From Candidatus Daviesbacteria bacterium (lineage in GTDB: Bacteria; Patescibacteriota; Microgenomatia; Daviesbacterales; UBA10151), in NCBI GenBank assembly GCA_016432425.1, contig CP066688.1, positions 642,619-706,618 of the forward strand: a DNA stretch of 64,000 nucleotides. The letters are read 5' to 3'. Shown one piece after another: positions 18,347-26,502 of the stretch; the stretch's first letter is position 1; every line of letters begins with the position of its first letter. Made by a program: the position numbers and the translations under genes. The notes below the pieces were generated by a model that saw nothing but the letters and a program-made list of their open reading frames with translations, searched no databases and had not been told where the DNA came from.

Positions 18347-18363
18347 TTAAACTTATCGTTGTC

Positions 18364-19125
18364 ATGAGCGGACATTCTAAGTGGTCAACTATCAAGCGGG
18401 CTAAAGGGGCGGCTGATGTTAAACGCGGTTTAACATTTACCAAGATGGCTAATGCTATTACTATTGCTGCCAAATTAGGGGGTAGCGGTGATCCGGCAGC
18501 TAACCCCAGATTGCGGACAGCTTTGGATGAAGCGAGGGCGGTTAATATGCCCAAAGATAATATTGCTCGGGCTATTGATCGGGGTCTGGGTAAGGGTGGT
18601 AGCGGCACGCTGGAAGAGGTGGTTTATGAAGGATTTGGTCCGGGCAGAGTGGCTTTTATAGTAGAAGGAGTAACTGATAACAGATTGCGGACTAATCAGG
18701 AAATTAAAAGTTTTTTTGAGCGCAATGGCGGTACCCTGGGAAATCCGGGAACAGTGGGGTATATGTTTGATAAATTAGGAGAGATTAAAGTTACGGGAAA
18801 AGGTGGAGCTAGAGACAATGAAATTTTAAAACTAATTGATTTGGGAGCAGAAGATGTAGAAGATTATGAAGAAGAAAATATACAAAGGTATTTAGTATAT
18901 GTACAAAGCCCAGAATTAAATACTATGGGTATAAAAATTACTCAAGCTGGATTTACAATTGAAAGCCAAAATTTAATGATGAAACCCAAGGTTTTGCAGG
19001 AAGTAACAGAGCCGGAAATAGCCAAAAGGGTACTGGAGTTTGCAGAGAAGCTGGAAGGTCATGATGATATCCAAAAAGTCTATGCCAATTTTGATATTCC
19101 CGACAATCTTTTGGAGGGAAGTTAG
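18364..19125 (+). CDS. yebC: YebC/PmpR-family transcriptional regulatory protein
   Basis: MSGHSKWSTIKRAKG is the canonical YebC N-terminus. The start was set at 18364 rather than the ORF-track 18238. Confidence 0.88.
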   Translation: MSGHSKWSTIKRAKGAADVKRGLTFTKMANAITIAAKLGGSGDPAANPRLRTALDEARAVNMPKDNIARAIDRGLGKGGSGTLEEVVYEGFGPGRVAFIVEGVTDNRLRTNQEIKSFFERNGGTLGNPGTVGYMFDKLGEIKVTGKGGARDNEILKLIDLGAEDVEDYEEENIQRYLVYVQSPELNTMGIKITQAGFTIESQNLMMKPKVLQEVTEPEIAKRVLEFAEKLEGHDDIQKVYANFDIPDNLLEGS

Positions 19126-19138
19126 AGGGGAATTTACA

Positions 19139-19720
19139 ATGACGATTCAAGAAAGACAAAGTGTCGGAGATAGTTTTCATTTGATGGAAGACAGAGGCTT
19201 TCAGGACTGGTTAAAATCGACAGGTATCATATTAGAGGCTAGAAATCAGTCCCCTCTGAATTTTACTAATTCATTGACTAGTCGAGAGGGGCATTTCGCA
19301 GAGATTTTGGAGATTAACCGAGGTTACCTGATTCCTCCTTATGTTCCTTTTAGGAATGACGGAGTGGATCCAAAGTATGCAGCGTTTTTAAGTTACGTTT
19401 ATGCCTCAAGATTAAGAGGAAAAATAGTGGAACCGGGAGTTATCTATACGGCTCCTGGATTTGGTTATGGAGTGGGTATAGAAAATATGAGATTAAGCAG
19501 GGGGCCTGGTCGTCTGTTATATAGGCTATGGATTCAGGGAGGTAAGTTGGTGACCTTATCCGTACTTGGGGAAGATTTATTTAATGGTCAGACAGGAGTT
19601 TATGAGAATAATTTATTACGTGTATTAGTTTATAGATTACGACAGGAGTTGAGAGGGACAAAAATTTGGGTTAAAAGTGGAGAAGGAAGCTACGGAGTTT
19701 TTTTAAATGAGGCCAATTAA
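19139..19720 (+). CDS. Hypothetical protein (193 aa)
   Basis: Start set at the ATG at 19139, preceded by GAGGGG. No recognisable motif. Confidence 0.45.
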   Translation: MTIQERQSVGDSFHLMEDRGFQDWLKSTGIILEARNQSPLNFTNSLTSREGHFAEILEINRGYLIPPYVPFRNDGVDPKYAAFLSYVYASRLRGKIVEPGVIYTAPGFGYGVGIENMRLSRGPGRLLYRLWIQGGKLVTLSVLGEDLFNGQTGVYENNLLRVLVYRLRQELRGTKIWVKSGEGSYGVFLNEAN

Positions 19721-19724
19721 AAAT

Positions 19725-20500
19725 AAGATATCACCTGGGGGGTGTCCCAGCTTGACACCTAAGGATAAGTAGCTTACCATGAATTCATGCCAGGTAGAAA
19801 AACTCCCCTTGTTACAGATGAGATTTATCATGTTTATAACAGAGGCATAAATAGACAGCCCACTTTTACCACTAAAAAGGAATATCAAAGAGCAATGTTG
19901 GCTCTTAAGTTTTATAAAGTTGCCAATCCACCGGTTAGATTGTCTAAATTTTTAGAATCTGATAAAGAGCGTCAGGCTGAAATTTTAAAAATGATGGATC
20001 AGGGGGAAAAATTAGTGGAGATTCTTTGTTTTTGCCTAATGCCGAATCACTTTCATTTCCTATTAAAACAGAAAAAGGAGGGTGGAATCTCGAAATTCTT
20101 AGGGAATTTCCAAAATAGTTATACCCGTTATTTTAACACTCTAAACGAAAGAGATGGTTCATTATTTTTAGACCAGTTTAAAGCCAAAAGGATAGAAACT
20201 GACGAACAACTCATTCATGTATCAAGATATATTCATTTAAATCCTTACACAGGTTTTGCAGTAAAATCCTTTAAGGAGTTAGAAAAGTATCCCTGGTCAT
20301 CATTCCCGAGTTACCTTACAGGTGATAATAGTTTTATAGAACCTGATTTAGTATTAGGAACGTTTAAAGGGGTTGGAGATTATAGAGAATTTGTTTTAGA
20401 CCAGGCTAATTATCAAAGAGAACTAAAGTTTATTGAGCATCTCCTTTTAGAATAATCCCTAGGTGCCTGCCTATGCCACCCCCCAGGTGTCAAATTAGTA
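19725..20500 (+). mobile_element. IS200/IS605-family (REP-associated tyrosine transposase-like) element flanked by 13-bp inverted repeats
   Basis: CACCTGGGGGGTG at 19733-19745 and CACCCCCCAGGTG at 20480-20492 are reverse complements. Small hairpins are also present (GGTGTC...GACACC). Confidence 0.6.
19787..20455 (+). CDS. Y1 HUH transposase (IS200-like / RAYT, Transposase_17 family)
   Basis: YHVYNRG near the N-terminus, the HUH motif LMPNHFHFLL, and the catalytic-Tyr region VSRYIHLNP. The protein is 222 aa, typical of the family. Confidence 0.8.
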   Translation: MPGRKTPLVTDEIYHVYNRGINRQPTFTTKKEYQRAMLALKFYKVANPPVRLSKFLESDKERQAEILKMMDQGEKLVEILCFCLMPNHFHFLLKQKKEGGISKFLGNFQNSYTRYFNTLNERDGSLFLDQFKAKRIETDEQLIHVSRYIHLNPYTGFAVKSFKELEKYPWSSFPSYLTGDNSFIEPDLVLGTFKGVGDYREFVLDQANYQRELKFIEHLLLE

Positions 20501-20533
20501 AACGGAATGGTGTGCTAGAATTGGAAAGTTCAT

Positions 20534-21067
20534 ATGATAATTTTGGGGATTGATCCTGGGACTGCTACAACTGGATATGGAGTAATTAAAATTCCTGATG
20601 ATATTTTAAGCAGGGAATTTAAGTATGATATTGAACTTGTAACCTATGGTAATATCAGTACCCCAAAAGATAGATTAATGGAACAGCGGCTTTTGATGAT
20701 TCACCATGAGTTAGACAAGATAGTAGAGCGGTATAAACCAAACTTAATAGTTATTGAGATGATTTTCTTCGGCAGAAATATTCGAACAGCAATTTCTGTG
20801 GGACAGGCGAGGGGGGTAGTAATGTTATCTGCAGCCAAATTCGGTGTCCCTATTCATGAATACACTGGCCCTCAGGTTAAATTAATGGTAGCGGGTTCTG
20901 GCAGAGCAGATAAAAACCAAGTTCATGAAGGAGTGAGAAAATTTTTAGGAGTAAATGGTAAAAGACACAAAAAACTTACAGCTAACTGGAAGGGTGGACA
21001 TCTGGATGATGCTACAGATGCGCTTGCTATTGCTATAACCCATGTGCTTAAATTAGTGAATAAATAA
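20534..21067 (+). CDS. ruvC: Holliday junction resolvase RuvC
   Basis: MIILGIDPGTATTGYGVI...VIEMIFFGRN...GSGRADK...DDATDALAIAITH matches the RuvC catalytic residues. Confidence 0.88.
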   Translation: MIILGIDPGTATTGYGVIKIPDDILSREFKYDIELVTYGNISTPKDRLMEQRLLMIHHELDKIVERYKPNLIVIEMIFFGRNIRTAISVGQARGVVMLSAAKFGVPIHEYTGPQVKLMVAGSGRADKNQVHEGVRKFLGVNGKRHKKLTANWKGGHLDDATDALAIAITHVLKLVNK

Positions 21068-21850
21068 ATGGATTTCGATCTCAACAAAAGACAAAAAATT
21101 ATTTTGTCCTCGCTAATTTTGACCATTGGTCTAATTTCTACTCAACTGGTAGATTTTAGTTTGAGGTTTATTTTTTTAATACTCTTGGGAATTTTTTCTT
21201 ATATTCTGTCTTTGTGGGCGCTCTGGGATGGGTTAAATAAAATGAAAGCGCTAGTGCTCTTGATTTTGCCTACTTTTTATACCTTAGCCGTGGCCAGTTT
21301 TTATTTTTTACTACCCATTCGCTGGTTAACTAGGCTGCCGGTGGCTTTGTTTTTTGGTTTAAGTTTTTATTTATTGCTGCTGTCAGAAAATGTTTTCAAT
21401 GTTGCCTCAATCAGGACTATTCCGCTATACCGAGCTGCCTCCACAGCCAACTTTTTGTTTACTTTAATCGCTACTTTTTTCTTATTTAATGTGATTCATG
21501 CCTTTAATTTAGCCTTCTTTTGGAATGGGTTTTTAGTGGCTGCAGTTAGTTTTCCTCTAATTTTACAAACCCTGTGGTCAATTGAAATGGCAGATAAATT
21601 GGATTCTGAGGTTTTCTTCCATAGTTTAATTTTGAGTTTAATACTAGGGGAGTTGGGGATGGTTTTTTCTTTTTGGCCCCTTACAACTGTGATGTGGTCG
21701 TTATCTTTAGCTTCAGCTATGTATGTAATTTTAGGTTTGTTAACCCAACATTTAAGAAGCCGCTTAACTCAAAGAATTATTGAGGAATATTTATTAGTGG
21801 GAGTAGGGGTATTGTTATTTTGTTTTTTTACTACTTCCTGGTCAGGATAA
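21068..21850 (+). CDS. Hypothetical polytopic membrane protein
   Basis: 260 aa with 6-8 hydrophobic helices, lying adjacent to ruvC. Confidence 0.5.
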   Translation: MDFDLNKRQKIILSSLILTIGLISTQLVDFSLRFIFLILLGIFSYILSLWALWDGLNKMKALVLLILPTFYTLAVASFYFLLPIRWLTRLPVALFFGLSFYLLLLSENVFNVASIRTIPLYRAASTANFLFTLIATFFLFNVIHAFNLAFFWNGFLVAAVSFPLILQTLWSIEMADKLDSEVFFHSLILSLILGELGMVFSFWPLTTVMWSLSLASAMYVILGLLTQHLRSRLTQRIIEEYLLVGVGVLLFCFFTTSWSG

Positions 21851-22404
21851 ACCTTTATTTTTAAGTACAAATTTATTAAATTAGTTTGTTAAGACAACAT
21901 AATTTAGAGATGGAGTAGAGGAGTCCTTAGACTTCATTCAGGACAGGCGTGAAAAATTTGAGCGAATATCGTGAAAAATCTAAATGATGTAGTGTGATAT
22001 AGTTGACAGGCACGAATGTGGAAAACTATGGGGTGTTTATTCATTTCGCTTGACATCTCCTTTCAGTAGGTAAGACTAAACCTTCTTAATTTAGAGATGA
22101 GATAAACACTCACTCTCTTAAGATGGCTGCTAAAGTTCTTACATAAGCGTGAAAAATAACCGAAGGGCCTCTAGGGAGTAGGGGCAACCTGGTTTCCAAA
22201 AGAAGCGATGGATCCTAGAAGATAAAAGCGTGTTTAAATCTCTTTTTGGTACCTGTTTGTGCGTATACTTCTCTTTATAAATGATACATTCCTATTATGT
22301 TGTCGCACAATGTATCTTATGCGGCGTCAAGGAAGAGATATTTGGGGAGGAGTGGTTCTAATTGAGGAACTAAAAGGAACAAAATTTAGCTAGATTTTTT
22401 ACAC

Positions 22405-22704
22405 TTACTTTTGGGTACCTATTTGCTTACCTTGCCCATCAAAAATTTTTTTATTTTCACAAAATTTTTTCATGTACCACAATTCCTTGTTTGGGGCTTT
22501 GCAGAGCCCTAATATGGGATGACTACTTGTACTGCTCCTCTCCCCATCAGCCGTTTTTGGGCCATTTACGGGCTTCAACTTAATTAGGTTTACAGGATGG
22601 CTTGTCTGATCAAAAAGTACCGCTCGTACTGTAGAAACTTGCTCGCTATAGATTTGTTGAGGCACCAATATGTCTTTATAATCATTTAGTCCTCGGTAGC
22701 TCAT
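22405..22704 (-). CDS. Hypothetical protein (99 aa) inside an otherwise non-coding 1-kb region
   Basis: ORF only, with no SD. Confidence 0.25.
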   Translation of the reverse strand: MSYRGLNDYKDILVPQQIYSEQVSTVRAVLFDQTSHPVNLIKLKPVNGPKTADGERSSTSSHPILGLCKAPNKELWYMKKFCENKKIFDGQGKQIGTQK

Positions 22705-22888
22705 TGGTTACTTTTGACTGCGGTGTCTTTAAATTATTTTTATAACTTTTACTTCGTTGTCGGACAATATTTTGACTAATTTAGTTAAGAGATGAAAATG
22801 ATGCTTGTGTTACCCAGTAACTTCCCTCTTTATTTAAGTTGACAAACTTACGCCTAATCCTCTAATGTAAATATATACATATATAATA

Positions 22889-23134
22889 ATGAATTCCGGC
22901 TCAATATTTACCAAAAATAACCTTATTACCCTACTCTTTTTAGCCATTTTAATTTTAGCTATTCCCCTGGCAGTTAAACTGGCCCAACAAACCCAGATTT
23001 TTAAATCTAAGGCAGGTAGCACTCCCATCCAATTTTCCGGCACCGGAGTGGATTGTGCCGGCACGAGTTGTACCACTACCAATACTAATGTAAACGTGAT
23101 TTTAAATTCCTGTTTTGAAGATAGCAGCTGCTAA
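22889..23134 (+). CDS. Small N-terminally anchored Cys-rich protein. It is a paralog of the N-terminus of the next gene.
   Basis: NNLITLLFLAILILAIPLAVKLAQQTQIFKSKAGS compared with KNIFVFLFLAIVAVAIPVSLKLAQEQTQLKSKAAE in CDS 23137. The two also share the DNA string AAACTGGCCCAA.AACAAACCCAG. Confidence 0.55.
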   Translation: MNSGSIFTKNNLITLLFLAILILAIPLAVKLAQQTQIFKSKAGSTPIQFSGTGVDCAGTSCTTTNTNVNVILNSCFEDSSC

Positions 23135-23136
23135 CT

Positions 23137-25854
23137 ATGGATGAACTAAAGGTTGTCTCCAAAAAAAATATTTTTGTTTTTTTATTTTTAGCGATTGTGG
23201 CTGTAGCTATCCCTGTTTCTTTAAAACTGGCCCAAGAACAAACCCAGCTTAAATCAAAAGCAGCGGAAAAGGATTTTTCTTGCACCCTGCCAACAGTTAC
23301 CTCTTCTGCTAAAATTGGCGATTCACTGGTAGTGCGGGTGGGTGGAAGTGTCACCAACTATCCCAATAGCAGCATGAGTAAAATATTGGTTTATATTAAA
23401 GCTCCTGGTCAAAGCTTTACTGAGATAGGTTCAGTAAGTTGTTCCGGATCGACTCAAGATTGTAGTGGTTCCGTACCATGGGATACCGGTAGCCAGAATA
23501 ATGGTCCGGGTAGCTATGTTGTTGCTGAAAGGTTAATTAACACTAATGGTGGAGAAAGAAATAGCGATGGTAATGATCAATTTTGCCAGGCAAATCTTAC
23601 TTTAGCAGCCCAGTCTCAACCAGCTCCTGCTGTTCCTGCCCCTGCTCAACCTCCCCCAGCTAACCAGCCACCGATTGCAGAATGTAGCGCCGGCACAACT
23701 GATTATGCTAATTGCCGTGCTTGTGGAACAGATGGAAAATGGTTTTTAGATTATGGCCCTAAAAGTGATACTACCCAATGGTGCGCCTGCGCCAGAACCA
23801 AATCAGGTGCCTCTTTTACCACTGACCCCCAATATTCTATCTGCTCCGGTGGAGGGCCGCAAGCTGCCCTACCTGCTGATGCAGCTGAGTGCGGAGGCAT
23901 AACCTTTAAACAAAATAATCAAGAAGTTAAAGCCCCGGCTTCTTTAATGGCAGGACAAACATATGACGTAGAAATTAAAATGGATAACCGTGATTCCGGA
24001 AATTCCAACTACACCCCCACTACCTGGACTAGCGGTCAATATTTCTTAGGCTTTCCTACCAGTGGTCCTCCGCGGGATGCCGGAGTGGGTAATTTCCAAA
24101 TTAATAATGATGACGTAGCTAAAAATGATATCTGGCAAGCAAACTGGCCCGATCCTAAAAAGTTACGTTTGCCTCTTTCTGGCAGTGTCACACCCGGGAG
24201 TTCCAATACCTTTAAATTTAAAGTTACTCCCAAGACTGCTGGGGATCATACTTTTTATTGGGGTATGGTCCATGAGGGGGTGCAGTGGTTTGGCGGACAA
24301 TGTGCTTCTAATGTTAAGGTGGCCGCCTCAACCGGAGGCACAGGTGGACAACAGCCGGGCGGACAACAACCTCCATCTGGAACTTTAAAAACTAAATGCT
24401 ATGTTCTTTCCCAAGATGCGGGGGCGGTTAATAATGTGACCAGCTGCACTGATACTTTGGCCCAACCTTATACCAGTAATAACCTGCAAGTTGCTAAAAC
24501 TTTACAAAATAAAACTAAAGATGGAGACGAGAATACTTTCTATGTTAAATTTATTAGTACTGCCGGTACCCAAAGCCAGGTTTTCTCCAAAAAGATTACC
24601 TACAAGACTACTGAAGCCGGAGGTGAAACTGCCCCCACCATTACCAATGTTGACTGCCGGCAAAACCTTATTACGGTGACCGGCACTAATTTTGGCGCCC
24701 AACAAGGCAGCGGTAAATTAACAGCCAATGGGCAACAAGCGACTGTAGCCAGTTGGAACCCTACCACTATCACTGCCACCCCCCGCCAATCTTTAGAGGG
24801 AAACATTGCAGTCGAGATTAGCTTGGGAGATAAGCAAACCGTCTCCAGCCAGTGCAGCGTCAACACCACCACTGTTAACTTTACAGCTTTAAATTCCTGC
24901 CGAAGACCGGGGGATGATTTTAGCGCCACTGATGTCGAGGTAAAAATTTATGATGCGACCGAGACTAATGTGCAGGCTCAGCCTTTGGTAGAGCAAACAA
25001 TTTCTTTGAATAAATCCGGTAAACTAGCCAACTTTGCTCCCAAGCTGTTGCAAGGTAAGCAATATACTTTGCTTGTTAAAGCTCCCAATACTTTGCCTCA
25101 GGCTAAAACTTTTACCCCCACTGGTGGTACCTATAATATAGGTACACTGACCTTACCAGCCGGTGATTTACTGCCTTTAAGTTTGCCGGAAGGAGAAAAA
25201 CCTAAAATTAATAGTTTTGATGCCAATGAGCTAAAGCGTCAATGGAGATTATTAACTGATGTGACCAGCCCGGCAGATTTAAATAAAGATGAACGGATTA
25301 ATAGTATTGATTACTCTTGTCTTTTGGCAGGTTACAACAAAGAGGGAGATACCTTTACTCCGGCTACTTTACCAACTGAACAGGGATGTACCAATCCCGT
25401 TTCTTGCGAAACTACTGTGACTTTTTCTGCTAATAATACCACGCCAGCAATTGGGAAAAATGTAACTTTTCAAGGTAAATTGACTGGTTTTGATGGTCAC
25501 CCGATTCCTGGAAAAGTTATCAAAATTGTTAATGTTGATACAAATACAGTACTGGCTGACTCTACCCAATCAAATAACCAGGGAACACATAATACTGACC
25601 TAAACGGCGATTATCTGATTCTTTTGCCTATCAACAGCGCAACTGAGTTTAATGTGAGGGCCAAATTTGATGGCGATGGTTCAAATAAACCTTCTCAGAG
25701 TGAACCAATTAAAATCAATCCGAATTCCTCTTCAAGTGGAGCTTGTATCCAGGTGGTGACTCCGGCCAGAAATCCGACTACCAATGCTTGTATTAATTTC
25801 CCGACACCCTGTGATGTACCGGCTGGATGGCAAGTGGTGTCGAGTTGTAATTAG
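23137..25854 (+). CDS. Large (905 aa) Cys/Thr/Gly-rich surface protein with an N-terminal TM anchor, a Pro-rich linker, an IPT/TIG-like domain and a dockerin-like module
   Basis: The IPT/TIG-like segment is ITNVDCRQNLITVTGTNFGAQQGSGKLTANGQQATVASWNPTTITAT (about nt 24634-24832). The dockerin-like Ca-binding repeat is INSFDANELKRQW...DLNKDERINSIDYSCLLAGY (about nt 25198-25336). Confidence 0.65.
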   Translation: MDELKVVSKKNIFVFLFLAIVAVAIPVSLKLAQEQTQLKSKAAEKDFSCTLPTVTSSAKIGDSLVVRVGGSVTNYPNSSMSKILVYIKAPGQSFTEIGSVSCSGSTQDCSGSVPWDTGSQNNGPGSYVVAERLINTNGGERNSDGNDQFCQANLTLAAQSQPAPAVPAPAQPPPANQPPIAECSAGTTDYANCRACGTDGKWFLDYGPKSDTTQWCACARTKSGASFTTDPQYSICSGGGPQAALPADAAECGGITFKQNNQEVKAPASLMAGQTYDVEIKMDNRDSGNSNYTPTTWTSGQYFLGFPTSGPPRDAGVGNFQINNDDVAKNDIWQANWPDPKKLRLPLSGSVTPGSSNTFKFKVTPKTAGDHTFYWGMVHEGVQWFGGQCASNVKVAASTGGTGGQQPGGQQPPSGTLKTKCYVLSQDAGAVNNVTSCTDTLAQPYTSNNLQVAKTLQNKTKDGDENTFYVKFISTAGTQSQVFSKKITYKTTEAGGETAPTITNVDCRQNLITVTGTNFGAQQGSGKLTANGQQATVASWNPTTITATPRQSLEGNIAVEISLGDKQTVSSQCSVNTTTVNFTALNSCRRPGDDFSATDVEVKIYDATETNVQAQPLVEQTISLNKSGKLANFAPKLLQGKQYTLLVKAPNTLPQAKTFTPTGGTYNIGTLTLPAGDLLPLSLPEGEKPKINSFDANELKRQWRLLTDVTSPADLNKDERINSIDYSCLLAGYNKEGDTFTPATLPTEQGCTNPVSCETTVTFSANNTTPAIGKNVTFQGKLTGFDGHPIPGKVIKIVNVDTNTVLADSTQSNNQGTHNTDLNGDYLILLPINSATEFNVRAKFDGDGSNKPSQSEPIKINPNSSSSGACIQVVTPARNPTTNACINFPTPCDVPAGWQVVSSCN

Positions 25855-25872
25855 AGATGTTAAGATATAAAT

Positions 25873-26502
25873 ATGGATAACCAAAATTTAAATTTGCCTA
25901 CAATTTCTCGGTTTTCCCCAATGAAGATAGTGTTTATTTTATTGGGGTTGGTTATTGTAGGTGAGGTCATTTGGGCCATTAGTCAGCTGACTACAGTTGG
26001 TTTGCCCACCCAAACCAACAACGCTACTGTGCCTAAAAATGTAGTCACTCCTGTTTCAATTGCCCAGGTAACTTTAAGCTCAGATAAAACTTCTGTTAAG
26101 GTGGGTGACAAAATTACAGTAGCCATCAATGTTTCCGCCAATAAAGAAACTGATGGGACAGATTTGATCATTAATTTTGACCCCACTTTGTTAAATGTTG
26201 ACACTCAAAACGAGAAAAAAGTTCCGGTAGTGACCGGCCAAATCTATCCTGACTATCCGGTTAATAGTTTGGATTCAGCCAAGGGCAAGATTACTGTCTC
26301 CGGAATTGCTTCTGCCCCTGGTGGAGTGGTGACTAACGGAGTTTTCGGGACTCTAAATTTAATGGCTAAAGCCCCCGGTACAGCCAAGCTTACCTTAGAG
26401 TTTACAAAAGGATCGACAACTGATACAAATGTAATAGAGGCCGGAGTGGGCACAGATATATTAAATAGTGTTTCTGATTTAACAATTAATATTACACCAT
26501 GA
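25873..26502 (+). CDS. Cohesin-like domain protein with an N-terminal TM anchor
   Basis: VKVGDKITVAINVSA...GTDLIINFDPTLLNV...GKITVSGIAS...GVFGTLNLMAKAPGTAKLTLEF follows the cohesin beta-sandwich sequence pattern. Confidence 0.6.
   Translation: MDNQNLNLPTISRFSPMKIVFILLGLVIVGEVIWAISQLTTVGLPTQTNNATVPKNVVTPVSIAQVTLSSDKTSVKVGDKITVAINVSANKETDGTDLIINFDPTLLNVDTQNEKKVPVVTGQIYPDYPVNSLDSAKGKITVSGIASAPGGVVTNGVFGTLNLMAKAPGTAKLTLEFTKGSTTDTNVIEAGVGTDILNSVSDLTINITP

Noticed and set aside
18192-18608. The 138-aa minus-strand ORF spanning the repeat array and the yebC 5' region
   Set aside because: It is antisense to the conserved yebC N-terminus (MSGHSKW...), and its composition is driven by the repeats.
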